NCBI GenBank assembly: GCA_951406725.2
Contig: OX597818.1
Coordinates: forward strand, 85,250,001-85,314,000
Source of the DNA: Octopus vulgaris
Lineage: Eukaryota
Direction of reading: 5' to 3'
Length of the DNA stretch: 64,000 nucleotides
Numbering within the stretch: position 1 is the stretch's first letter; each line of letters opens with the position of its first letter. The notes under the pieces are model-generated. The model saw nothing but the letters and a program-made list of their open reading frames with translations. It did no database searches and was not told the DNA's origin. Of the stretch, positions 26,721-38,836 are shown piece after piece. The translations under genes were made by a program, and so were the position numbers.

Positions 26721-28009
26721 CTGATTGATATTTCATCTGATTACTATGAATGAAAACCTTCCATTTTTGTGGTGGGGGAACAAAATGAAAAACAAACCCA
26801 AATCAAAGGTTGATATTCATTAGAATGTCCAGTCTTCTCCACAACCCCTAACATTACACCAGTACCCCTGACATTAAACTCCTTCCTTCATACCCAACCA
26901 ATCAATCAATCAATCCAATTTATCCATCATTCTCTGTACACATTCATTTTCTGTCCCCTCTGTCTTTCTTCTCCTTCCAGTCTTTTCCTTGTTGTTCCTT
27001 CTTTTGAAAAATAACCGTATTCAAACTGCAACTGTTTTGAATTTACAATTCTTTCAAGGCATAATAATCTTGGTCTTCATCATTTTTTCTCTTCTCTTTT
27101 TGTTGACATAGTCGTTGCAGTGTTTGTCGGTGCCAGTGTGTTTAAGCGAGCTAATATATTTGTGCGTCTGTGTGTGTGTGTTATTGATTATTCTTTTCCC
27201 TTAACCAACCTGAAGAAAACGGCTCTTATGTTGTTGCATCCTTCTTTCTCTTTTCTTCTTCTCATAACTCTGCTACAGGCTACTTTAATATTAATGTTTG
27301 CTATTGAAATTTTCCCTCCTGTTATTGTCACCTCATCTCTCTTACCAACACCCTCCACCGTCATTTTCTTTTCTTCTTCCTTTCATTCCCCTCCTCAACT
27401 TTTTAATTTGTCATTCCTTGTTGCTTGATGTTGATTATTGTTTATACACACACATGTAGATTTTTATGTGTATGTGTGTGTATATATGTGTTTGTGTGTA
27501 TGCTTGTGTGTGTGTGTGTGCATATTTTTATATGTACATATGTATAAAGATATAGATAGATACATAGATATGTGAAAGGGGATCTCTTGTTTTTACCTGT
27601 TGCATGCCTTGGACTGTGGCAATGCTGGGGCACTGCCATGAAGGGTTTAATTGAACAACTCATCACCAAGCCTGGTACTAATTCTATTAGTCTCTTGTTT
27701 TTATTTTGTTGAACCGTCAAGCTACTGGGACATAAACAAACCAACACTTGTTATCGATCAGAAGTAGGCTTAGATTCTGTCTACCAAATCGCTATATATA
27801 TATATATATATATATGTATGGTGTTAGGAAGGGCATCCAGCCATAGAAACCATGCCAAATCAGAGTGCAGCCCCTCAGCTTACCATCCCTGATCAAACCG
27901 TCCAACCCATGCCAGCATGGACAACAAACGTTAAATGATGATTATGATGATATAGATATATGTATATGTTATGTATATATCTATATATATGTGTGTGTAT
28001 GTATATATA

Positions 28010-29259
28010 CAGGATGCGTAAGGTATTTGAGGACATACCTCTTTCGGGTTATTGCTGCATTTTTTGCTAACTCTGCATAATCTTTGTTTTCGTAAATAAT
28101 AATGGCAGACCCTTGGCTTACTCAAGAAATGAAGAGGCATGCTGTTATTGTGGTTATAAAGGCTGAGCATAATGATTTAGAAATATCTCAATTTTTAAAA
28201 GTTGCCATATCTTTTGTCTTCAAGGTTTGTAAGGTCTCTAGACTGAAGATGGAAATGTATTACCACTATCAAAGCGTAAAAAGCATTCTAAACACTCTGA
28301 AATCATCAGAGAACCTGAATTTATCCAGCAAGTTCAATAGACCACTGATTACTATCCCAGGAAGTCCATGAGGTCAATTACAAAAAAGATTTCCACGTGT
28401 CAGAAGGAACAGTCAGAAATATTGTCTAATAGGATGAGGAAAAGTTAATTAGTCAGGAAAAGCAAAAGAAAATCATTACACTAGATCTAAAAGGCTCTTA
28501 AACAAAGTGAAAAATTCAGCAGAAGACGATTTGATTTGGTTTATCTCAAACGAGAAAAACTTCGACTAAGATCAAAAAGTTAACAAGAAATGATAGATGG
28601 TTATGTATAGACCCTTCTGAAGTTCCAAGTGCTATGTATATAAAATTTCCTGTAACTGTCATGGTTTTAGGGGTTGTCAGCAATAAAGGACATGTGATGC
28701 CTCCTTACTTCTTTCCACAAGGCCACCTACATTGAAGTTCTGGAAATAATTAATAAGCCATGGATAGACAGTGTATGCAATGCAAGGCCATATGTGTTTC
28801 AGTAAGTCTCTGCACTATCACACATGGCTCTAGTAACACAGGAATGGATAGCTGAGAATTTTCATGATCACATGACCCCTAACATTTGGCTTCTGAATTC
28901 CCCAGATCTCAATCCAATGGACTATTACACGTGGAGCATTGTTGAGAGAGAGGTCAATGAACACACCCATAACACCAAAGATTCTTAGAAAGCTTCCATA
29001 GTCCAGAGTAATGTCCAAAATGAACCAGGACCACTTGATTCGAGCATGTAGATAATTTAGATCTCATATACAAGCAGTTGTTGAAGCTGAAGGTGGCTTT
29101 ATTGAATATCATTATAGAAAAGAAGGTTTATTTTTATCCCCATAGCATTTTTTGATAAATAAAGTTATCATATATCTGTTATTATTAGATATATATATAT
29201 CTGTTATTATATATGTTTTTATAAATATAAATCTATCCTCAAATATCTTACGCACCCTG
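28010..29259 (+). mobile_element. Full-length decayed Tc1/mariner transposon, DD37D (maT) type, 1250 bp
   Basis: TA | caggatgcgtaaggtatttgagga ... tcctcaaatatcttacgcaccctg | TA (24-bp TIRs, 2 mismatches). Broken transposase from ATG 28102 to about 29106. Confidence 0.88.
28102..29106 (+). pseudogene. maT/DD37D transposase pseudogene
   Basis: MADPWLTQEMKRHAVIV..; LIWFISNEKNF (D1 site, now N); YVFQ*VSALSH (D2 site, mutated); WLLNSPDLNPMDYYTW with 37 residues between the D2 and D3 positions; GGFIE end. Contains stops and frameshifts. Confidence 0.85.
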
Positions 29260-29261
29260 TA

Positions 29262-29603
29262 AAGTAAAGACCCCCTTTGGTCGTGAGTGACCATGGGTTT
29301 GCACCTAGAGAGTTACCCTCTGAGGCACAAGTCTGGGCTAGGTTGTTTTATGGAAGACCAGTAGTTGCCCATGCATACCGGCCTCCCCTCTCCACGCCAC
29401 CAGTGATATCCAAGGGAAAGTCAAAGGTCGATACAGCTTGGCACCAGTGACGTCGCAACTCATTTCTACAGCTCAGTGAACTGGAGCAACGTGAAATAAA
29501 GTGTCTTGCTCAAGAACACAACACGCAGCCCGGTCCGGGATTCGAGCTCAAAACCTCACGATCGTAAGCTCGACGCTCTAACCACTGAGCCATGCGCCTT
29601 CAC
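29262..29603 (-). mobile_element. Young tRNA-derived SINE (third family) abutting the maT right end
   Basis: Minus-strand head gaaggcgcatggctcagtggttagagcg..gagctcgaatcccgg with A/B boxes, CpG-rich, ending in a (ctttac) tail. Older copy at about 22510-22820. Confidence 0.8.
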
Positions 29604-29958
29604 ACGCACTCTGTATATATATGCATATATGGATATGTATACATATATATATGTGTATATATGTGTGTGTATATATATGTATGTATATGTGTGTGTGTAT
29701 ATATATGTATGTATATACGTGTGTGTATATATGTATGTACACATGCTTGATAGCCGATGTTGGTGTGTTTACGTTCTTGTAAGATAGTGGTTCTGTAAAA
29801 GAGACCGATTAAATAAGTACTAGGCTTGCAAAAAATAGGCCCTGGGTTGATTTGTTCAACTAATTGTGGTGCTCCAGCATGGCCGCAATCAAATGACTGA
29901 AACAAATAAAAGAAAAAAGTAAGAAAAGAAAATGTGTGTGTATATGTGTTTGTGTCTG

Positions 29959-29994
<36 letters not shown>

Positions 29995-31562
29995 GATGAG
30001 AGAGAGTGTGTGTGCATGTCTGTGCTATTAGTGTAGGTGTGAGATTTCTTTGTTTAGTTTTTCCATTCGGGATCTTTAGTCTTTCTGTAGTTTCCACCTT
30101 TCAAAGGCAGTTGGTGTCAAAATGCAAATCATAACAACTATGTTGTTTATTGTGTTTGTTTGTTTGCTTTCTGTCTGTCTGTCTATGTGCTTGTGTATAT
30201 GAAACCCTATATATATATTACATATTCATTATCATCGTTGTCACCAGTTTCACTTCCACTTTTCTATATATATATGCCTTTCTATCTGTATGTGTGTGTG
30301 TACACTGTGTAGGTGGGCAACACACATATACACCTAAATATAATTTCAATTCATTAAAAATGTTTTGCATATTTCATGGAGTACATCACCACCTATCTTA
30401 CTCATATCTGTTCACACATAGACACACACATGCATGATCTTGGTAGGAAAATATTTCTTGAATTCAAATTTGCTTACTGATTTAGAGAAAGGAAACAAAA
30501 AACTAACAGTTGTCATTAATCATCATCATCATCATTATCATTTAATGTCCAAGTCCCATGCTGGCATGGGTTGGATGATTAGATAGGATCCAACAGGTCC
30601 AATCAGAAAATTCAAACATAAGCTGGAATGTTGCTCATTCCTAGTCAGTTATCATCTAAAAGACCCTTACAATTTCACACCTTTAAAGATAATATTGTTC
30701 ACTTTTGGTGGCATCAATAGCAAGAAGCTGAAAGGCAAGCGAACATAAAAGATAATGATGAAAACAAACACAACAAACTAAATAAGGTTGTGTGGTTCTA
30801 AAACAAGACGAAATATATGTATAACAACAGAGAGCAAGAGACAGGGTAGGTTTGCAGCTCATCTGCATACACCATTCATGTAAAACATGCTAGCAAATAT
30901 TTTGATGCCTGAATGAACTAGTGATTTTCGACATGGTTGTGTGTTTATGTTTGCATGTGTATAATTCTTCCAAAGTATTTGAAACAGGCCTGGAGATGCT
31001 TTCAGGTCCTGATGTACTGCTTCCTACTGCAGTAATCTTTAAGTTTTAGTTTCTTCCTGTGTTTTTCTTGACCAGTTTTGAATGATGTGTAAAAGTAGGT
31101 GATTACTGTTCTTCTTGCAATAAAGCCCCACCCTAAATGGAAGGTCATTTGGGAAATTAAAGCATAGTTAAATCCTATAAAGTTAAAAAAGAAGGAAGAA
31201 ATCAGGTATCATCATCATCAAGTAATGTCCATATTTTTATGTGTGCATGGCTGTTGGAATTAGCTGAGGCAGATTTTCTATAGCCAGGTACTCTTTCTGT
31301 CACCACTCCTGACGTGTTTCTAAGCAAGATAATATTCTCCAGTAGCTTGTCATGACAAGGGTACACACACACACAAATATATGCATAATGGGCTGCTTTC
31401 TGTTTCTGTCTACCAAATCCACTTTTAAAGGCCTTTTGTTGGTCCTGGAATGTAGTAGAAGTCACATGCCCAAGGTACCATGCAGTGAAACTGAACCTGA
31501 GGCCACATGATTGGGAAGCCAGATCCTTAACTGCATACCCATGCTTGTGCATACACACACAT

Positions 31563-31635
<73 letters not shown>

Positions 31636-31981
31636 GATATATGTATGTCTGTATGTATGAAATGTTTTTTTTTGTAGGAACAGAGAAATAAATTAAGCAA
31701 TATTCATACTTTGTCATAAAAAAAACAAGCATCAGCAGATGGCTGCAATGTGTGGGTGTGGCTGCAGATTTTACACATCCTTGTACAGATATGTAGAATG
31801 AACATAAAACAGAACAAAGTTTCTTTTCTGTATCTAGACAACACTGATTAACAATGTGGAAACACACCTATGGTTTAATCCTAAGGGAAATAAAGTTAAA
31901 TTACTATTAGATATACATCATAATTTTCATGTTTGCCTTTTCATGCATGTATAGATTAGACACATATCTGCATGTCCATGC

Positions 31982-32015
<34 letters not shown>

Positions 32016-32363
32016 AGCTACAAGGAAAAAGGGATTAAAATCCTGGCAGATATCAATAAAGCACTCAGTATCAAAAGAATTTGTTTACCAATGTTCAACA
32101 ATTAGACACCAGTAAATGTAAGTACAATACAGATCCCAGGTAAATACATACATACATATATACTATATCCATCATCATCATTTAACATGTACTTTCCCCT
32201 GATTGCAAAAGTCAAGTAGAATTTAGGTGGATTTTCTACAGTTGGATGTCCTTCTTGACACCAAACACTGACTCTTTTCAGGCAAGGTATCACTCTCTCT
32301 CTCTCTCTCTCACACACACACCTTCTCACCCCACCACACGCACACATACACACATATGATTCA

Positions 32364-32453
32364 TGACAGAAACTTCAGTTTCAGCTAGCTAAACCATTTC
32401 CAGACTGCAGTCTGATGATGGCTTAGCTAGCTGAAACTTTGAAGTCACTGTCA
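32364..32453 (+). ncRNA. Minimal type-I hammerhead ribozyme motif (about 32407-32451) in a fold-back repeat
   Basis: gcagt CTGATGA t GGCT tagct AGCT GAAA ctttgaag TC actgt: stem I cagt/actg, stem II ggct/agct, near-palindromic stem III, GUC triplet. A degenerate inverted copy lies at 32364-32404. Confidence 0.7.
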
Positions 32454-33162
32454 ACAACTTTCATGTATAAGAATAATAAATTTGTACTCTGTAAAAGTAT
32501 ATTATAACTGAACATAAAAACAAACATTAGTGTGTGTGTGTGTGTATAGAAAGAGGGAGAGAGAGAGGTGTATGTGTGTGTGTTTTAGGCTTCTTTCAGT
32601 TTCTGCCTACCAAATCTACTCACAAAGCTTTGGTCAAATCAGGGCTATAGTAGATGACAACAAATTCTGTCTGACACATACAAGCATGAAAAAGTGGGCA
32701 TTAAGTGATGATAACGATGATAGATTCATATATTCTGTGCAATATAATTTCTACCTACATCTACCCCTTTACACCATAACTGCCACCATAGTCTTAAGTA
32801 TGTTACTGTCTTTGTGATTTAATAACACAAGTAAATTAGCTGCCATTAAATCAGTCTAGTATTATTAGCACCATTCCTTATTTTTCACTTCTTGCATGTG
32901 TGTTTGTTCTATTGGATTTTCTATTGGATTTTCATATTTTGTTTGTCTTTTATGCTAGCATGGGTTAGATGTACATGTTAAGGCATTGTTTTACAGATGG
33001 ATGCCCTTCCTGACATTAACCCTATCCTTCATTCGCTTGGCTTTGAAGGCACAAAGCGTGTAAGTGATTTATTAGTGAAAGTGCTAACAGCAGCACTACC
33101 TTAATGTTAGAACTTTTGAATAAAAAAAATGCAGGTGCAAATTCATAGACACACATATTGTA

Positions 33163-33204
<42 letters not shown>

Positions 33205-33282
33205 ATATATATAGTCATACTGAGATTATTCAAATCTCTTATAGGGATATTTTATCCAAATATAATATATATATATATATAT

Positions 33283-33466
33283 ATATTGAGAAAAAGGAGC
33301 CAGTAAGAATTTTAGATAATTCTTTATTAGCGCTTTCATTCGTTGTTTAACTGAACTATTCAAGAAAAGACATAAAAGCAAAAAATTTTTCTTGAGTTCA
33401 GTTAAACGAACAAAAGCACTAATAAAGAATCATCCAGATTTCTGAGTGCCTGCTTTTTCTCAATAT
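33283..33466. mobile_element. Fold-back element with degenerate hammerhead-like cores (Penelope-type terminus)
   Basis: ~85-bp imperfect inverted arms (attgagaaaaag..ttattagcgctttcattcg..aactgaactattcaagaaaa / ttttcttgagttcagttaaacgaacaaaagcactaataaagaa..ctttttctcaat) between (TA)n runs. Confidence 0.55.
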
Positions 33467-33501
33467 ACACCACTGCAAACACTCTATACATACATACATA
33501 C

Positions 33502-33556
<55 letters not shown>

Positions 33557-33631
33557 TACATGCATATATATATATATCGTCTTCTAAGAGTTATACGTTC
33601 TTGTCCATGTTGTATTTTTCTACATACCTTA

Positions 33632-33670
<39 letters not shown>

Positions 33671-33738
33671 TACATATATATACACACACACACATATATA
33701 TACACATACGTATATATATATATATATACACACATACA

Positions 33739-33786
<48 letters not shown>

Positions 33787-34599
33787 CATACACACACACA
33801 TACATTAAACTTCTTTTCAGTTTCTTTATACAAAATCTATTCATGTGGATTTGGTTGGCCTGGGGCTATAGTAGAAAGCACTTGTCAAAGATGCTGACAA
33901 TTTGTGTGATTGAACCTGAAGCCATATATGACTGAGACTGCATACGATTTGTTCTGCTAGAGAAGACCCATCAGGCTAAGTGAAATCATAGTCATGACCA
34001 GTGCCGGTGACGAATAAGAGGCACACATGTTGGTGATGTAAAAATCACCCAGTGCACTTTATGGTTGGTGTCAGGAAGGGCATCCAGCAATAGAAACCAA
34101 GCGAAAATGATGACTGGAGCCTGGTGCAGCTCTTCAGCTTAGCAACTCCAGTCAACATGGAAAACAGTCATTAAATGATGACGATGATGATATATATATA
34201 TATAAATGCGTGGGTGTGGTGTAGTTGTGTGTGTGTGGTGTGTGTGTGTAAGGTAATCATACAACTGGGTGTCTGTTGAATTCTTTAAAATTCTTTGAAA
34301 ATTCTCATCACTGTCTCCACCCATTTACACATCTCCACTCATCTTTTCGCCTCAACAACCCCTCCTTCTGCTATTATTCCAACTATCACTTTCTCTCTCC
34401 TCTCTCTGCTATTCTTATATTTTCTTCATGTTCTAGTACATTATTCAGTTGTTCTATGTTGTGTAGCAGCATTATGTGGAAGTATTGCTATGTTTCATAT
34501 TGTTGTGCGGTAGTGTGACATACAGTTGTGTTAGATGTGTTGTGTGGCAGTAGTGTAATATGGATGAGTGTTAGTGTTTGATACTGTTGTGGGTGGTGT

Positions 34600-35070
34600 T
34601 GTGTGGCAGTATGGTTTTGTGGTTGCTTTGTGAAGCAGTATTGTTTTGTGAGGCAGTATAGTTTTGTGGTGATGTTGTGAGGCAGTATAGTTTTGTGGTG
34701 ATGTTATGAAGCAGTATAGTTTTATGGTGGTGTTGTGAGGCAGTATAGTTTTGTGGTGATGTTATGAAGCAGTATAGTTTTATGGTGGTGTTGTGAGGCA
34801 GTATAGCTTTGTCATGGTGTTTGAGGCAGTATAGTTTTGTGGTGGTGTTGTGAAGCAGTACAGTTTTGTGGTGGTGTTGTGAGGCAGTATAGTTTTGTGG
34901 TGATGTTGTGAGGCAGTATAGTTTTGTGGTGGTGTTGTGAAGCAGTACAGTTTGTGGTGGTGTTGTGAGGCAGTACAGTTTTGTAGTGGTGTTGTTAGGC
35001 AGTATCAGTTTTGTGGTGATGTTGAGGCAGTATAGTTTTGTGGTAGTGTTGTGAGGCAGTATAGTTGTGT
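34600..35070. repeat. 29-bp minisatellite, roughly 15 copies, with degenerate flanks (about 34440-35280)
   Basis: Unit aggcagtatagttttgtggtg(a/g)tgttgtg. Confidence 0.9.
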
Positions 35071-35913
35071 GGCTGATTTGTTATGTGTTACTGTGGCATA
35101 TTCCTGCATGACACTGTTGTGTGGCAGTGTTGCATATTGTTGTATAGCAGTATTGTTTGATAGTGCCGTGTAGCAATATCATTATCTGACAATATTATTG
35201 TGGTAATGTAGCTTATAGCTGTGTAGAAGTGTTGTGTGGCAGTGTAGGATAATATGTGGTTGTGTGGTAGTGGAAGTCTGATGAGTTAGCCTTGCTTTGT
35301 GCCTTCTATTGATCAAGTTAGTTTGGCCTGCCTTATCTCCCTTGTTTATTTCACCTCTCTGTAACAGCTCATGCATTCTGACTGTTGGCTGGCTTTTGGG
35401 CACCCCACCCCCGCCTCTTACTTCCCCCCTCCACACAGAAACACACGTGAGAGGTAGCAAGTTGTTGGAGGAAAGAGAGTTGATGTATGTGTGTTTGTCA
35501 GGAGAGATTGTTGGATGTAAGATCACTCAAGTACCCACTATCCATTCACCTCTCAATACTACAACCACCACCACCACCACCACTACTTCTACCAGTAACT
35601 GCTGCACTCTGCTCCACTGTCCACACACTCATACACCAATATACAACGTCTACCACCAACATTTTACCTCTTGTTAAGCAATATTCCTTTGAAACTACCC
35701 TACCTTTCTGTATTAGTCACCTTTGCCAAAACACACAAGGCAAGGCGAGCCAGCTACCTACTCTCCAAAATGAGACAGAAAACATAAATATGCAGAATAA
35801 AAACATAAGAGAAAAATCATCATCATCATCATTATGCTTATCCTTATTGTTAGTATTAATGTTATATATTAACAGAGTGGGAAAATGATGGCTTTGAAAT
35901 TATTAGATGATCA

Positions 35914-35956
<43 letters not shown>

Positions 35957-37169
35957 GTAGTAGTAGTAGTAGTAGTAATGTTTTATTTTATTTCTATTTA
36001 TTGATTCACTTGTTTATGTGCGTTTTTTATTGAAATTCCTCTTCTCTTCCTAATTGGTTCCTTTCTAGGAGGGATATCCTTCTTGCATGTGCATGTGTGT
36101 ATAAACATGTTTGTATATGTATCAATTGTGTATATTTCTATTTGTATGTGTGTATGTATGTATAATTGGGTATATCTGTATGCGTGCATGCGTGTATGTA
36201 TTTGTGAGTCTATTTATGTATGTATGTGTTTCACCTATGTCCTTGATGAAAATCCCCCTAACTTCAAATGTTGTCTTGAATAAGTAAATACATGGGAAAA
36301 TATCCAAGCAAGTCAGGAATGAATGAATGGATACACACACACATAAATAAACACATGTGCACACACATTACCCTTACACACACATATGTATGCATGTATG
36401 TGTATATATGCATGTGTGTGTATACATATACACTTAGACATTCACCTTTTACCTGTTCTAGCCAGAGGCATGCGGATATGAGTGTGTGTGTTATATTGCA
36501 TGTATGTATAAGTGTGTGAATATGTGTGTATGTATGTATATATGTGTGTGTGTACATAGGCAAAGAAAGAGGTTGTAGAAAAGGAAGCAAATCAGTAAGG
36601 ATTGCAAAGAATGAAACACACATACATACACACACAAATAAACAGAGAGAGGGGGAGAGAGAAACAAATGCTTCACACTTGACTGTATTTTTTTTACCTG
36701 TCCTACAACATCATCAGAATTAGGCCTTTGTACCTCATGAGTGTGAGTTGAGTCACTGTTTCCCACCAGTCACTGAAGATGTGCTTTAAATAAACTGACT
36801 TGCTTGTCTTTCATTGTGTATATAGCACGTGCATACACACACACATACACTCATGACTAACTATATACACTTGCACATACATAAATACCCATCCACTCAT
36901 ATACAGGTTTATTTGCTTATGACTGACTCTATCAAAAGTATACACATATTCATAGTTGCATATGCTCACATACATACACAGTTACACACATACAAGCACT
37001 TCCTCTTTCTCACATACAAACACACTTAGGCATATGCTCACTTACATAGACATGCACATACACATTTTCTGTCTTCCCCACAAACTTTCACTTTCTCACG
37101 TATACACATACACACATGCACTCAGCTGTTTTATTCAAAAATACATATGCAATGTGTGACCTTGTGTGT

Positions 37170-37352
37170 ACCGTTGGCGATTTTTTTCCTCTGTCTTCCC
37201 TTTTCTGGATCTTTCCTTCTATGTTTCCGACGAAGAGCTCTGTTCAAAATGTTAAACCCTCCTTCTTTCCTGAGCGTCCAATAATACTATATTTGTTCCA
37301 CGTCCTCGCATTGTTGTGTTTTTTTGTGCTTTCTTGTTTGGATTAACTTTAT
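37170..37352 (+). mobile_element. Penelope-like terminal fragment with mutated hammerhead core
   Basis: gttt CCGACGA a GAGC tct GTTC AAAA tgtt aaac, followed by a T-rich tail related to the minus strand of 62018-62128. Confidence 0.5.
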
Positions 37353-37369
37353 AATATATATATGCTGTG

Positions 37370-37622
37370 CAGGTGGCACAAAAAAGGCACCATTTGAGAG
37401 TGGCCGCTGCCAGTACCACCTGACTGGCCCTCATGCTGGTGGCATGTAAAAGTACCCACTACACTTTCGGGGTGGTTGGCGTTAGGAAGGGCATCCAGCT
37501 GTAGAAACTCTACCAGATCAGATTGGAGTCTGGTGCAACCATCTGGTTTGCCAGACCTCAGTCAAATCATCCAACCCATGCTAAGCATGGAAAGCGGACA
37601 TTAAACGATGATGATGATGATG
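37370..37622 (+). mobile_element. Well-preserved copy of the RTE-tail repeat family
   Basis: ggtggcac..aagtacccactacac..ggttggcgttaggaagggcatccagctgtagaaac..ccaacccatgc..gcatggaaagcggacattaaacgatgatgatgatg. Confidence 0.8.
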
Positions 37623-38398
37623 CATTCATGTGCTGTACAACATATACAACTTTGTTTAAAAGATGTGTCAGTTTATTCTGTGCATATTTAAAGTGATTAA
37701 CTTAAGAATTTATGTTGTTTCCCTATTACCATTCTAGACATCTGCAAAATATGTAGTCCATGATATACGTCTCCTGTAATTATTTTAGTTTTCTACTTAA
37801 TTTATCTTGATATCTATTTGGTGAACCACTATGTTACAGGATTTGAAGAGATATAATGTAAACAACACTGACCAAAGACTTGAGTGAATTTGGTAAACAG
37901 AAACTGAAATAGGTTGCCCTCTCCTCACTCTGAGTGTGTGTACATACACATACATGTCTGTGTATGTGTCTTTTTGTTGGTTTGTTTACTTCCTTCTTGC
38001 TTAGCAGTTCAGTAAAAGAGATTATATGCACCATACTTTAAAAATAAGTACTAGGGTCAAATTGTTTGATTAAGCCCTTTGTAGCTGTACCACAGTATAA
38101 TTGGAATACAATGATTGAAACTAGTAAAGCTGTAGTCATGTATGTATATGTATGTGTGTGTGTGTGTGTGTATTTCCTTGCCTTGACATTTGCATGATAG
38201 TTTGTAAATGAGTCTCACTGTCATACAAGCAAGCAGTGTCATTCATTTCCAATATCCTGCTAAAATATGTGTGGGCATGTGAAAAATATTGCCTTATTTT
38301 AAAACAGGTAAAGGTTGGTGACAGGAAGGGCAACTGTCTGTTGAAAACAGCCAGATGTTGTAAATCGTATTTATATGTATAAAAATACAATTTACAAA

Positions 38399-38434
<36 letters not shown>

Positions 38435-38436
<2 letters not shown>

Positions 38437-38836
38437 CGCAGGAGTGGCTGTGTCGTAAGTAGCTTGCTAACCAACCACATGGTTGCGAGTTCAGTTCCAC
38501 TGCGTGGCATCTTGGGCAAGTGTCTTCTGCTATAGCCCCGGGCTGACCAATGCCTTGTGAGTGGATTTGGTAGACGGAAACTGAAAGAAGCCTGTCATAT
38601 ATATATATATGTATATATGTGTGTGTGTGTGTGTGTCTGTGTCTGTCCCCCTAGCATTGCTTGACAACCGATGCTGGTGTGTTTACGTCCCCTGTCTCTT
38701 AGATTCGGCAAAAGAGACCGATAGAATAAGTACTGGGCTTACAAAGAATAAGTCCCGGGGGCGATTTGCTCGACTAAAGGCGGTGCTTCAGCTTGGCCGC
38801 AGTCAAATGACTGAAACAAGTAAAAGAGTAAAGAGT
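38435..38836 (+). mobile_element. Dominant tRNA-derived SINE, best-preserved copy
   Basis: Head ggcgcaggagtggctgtg..gttgcgagttcagttcc (A/B box-like), internal (TA)(TG) microsatellite, tail gactgaaacaagtaaaagag. About 20 further copies, e.g. 4555-4910, 5075-5388, 11245-11475, 15874-16180, 23102-23460, 43728-44105, 45495-45730, 49960-50345, 63880-64000. Confidence 0.88.

Noticed and set aside
29520-29603. tRNA gene-like sequence on the minus strand
   Set aside because: It is the head of a SINE: continuous with a repeated body and tail, with no complete cloverleaf.
30600-31090. Possible LINE or Penelope coding remnant
   Set aside because: Only vague motif hints; I could not read a convincing domain, and a translated search would be needed.
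33446-33897. ORFs rich in Y/I/H/T/C/V (also 61397-62123, 3931-4352 and many others)
   Set aside because: Translations of (TA)n/(CA)n microsatellites.
34600-35070. CRISPR-like array (29-bp repeats)
   Set aside because: Repeats are contiguous with no unique spacers, there are no cas genes, and the DNA is eukaryotic.
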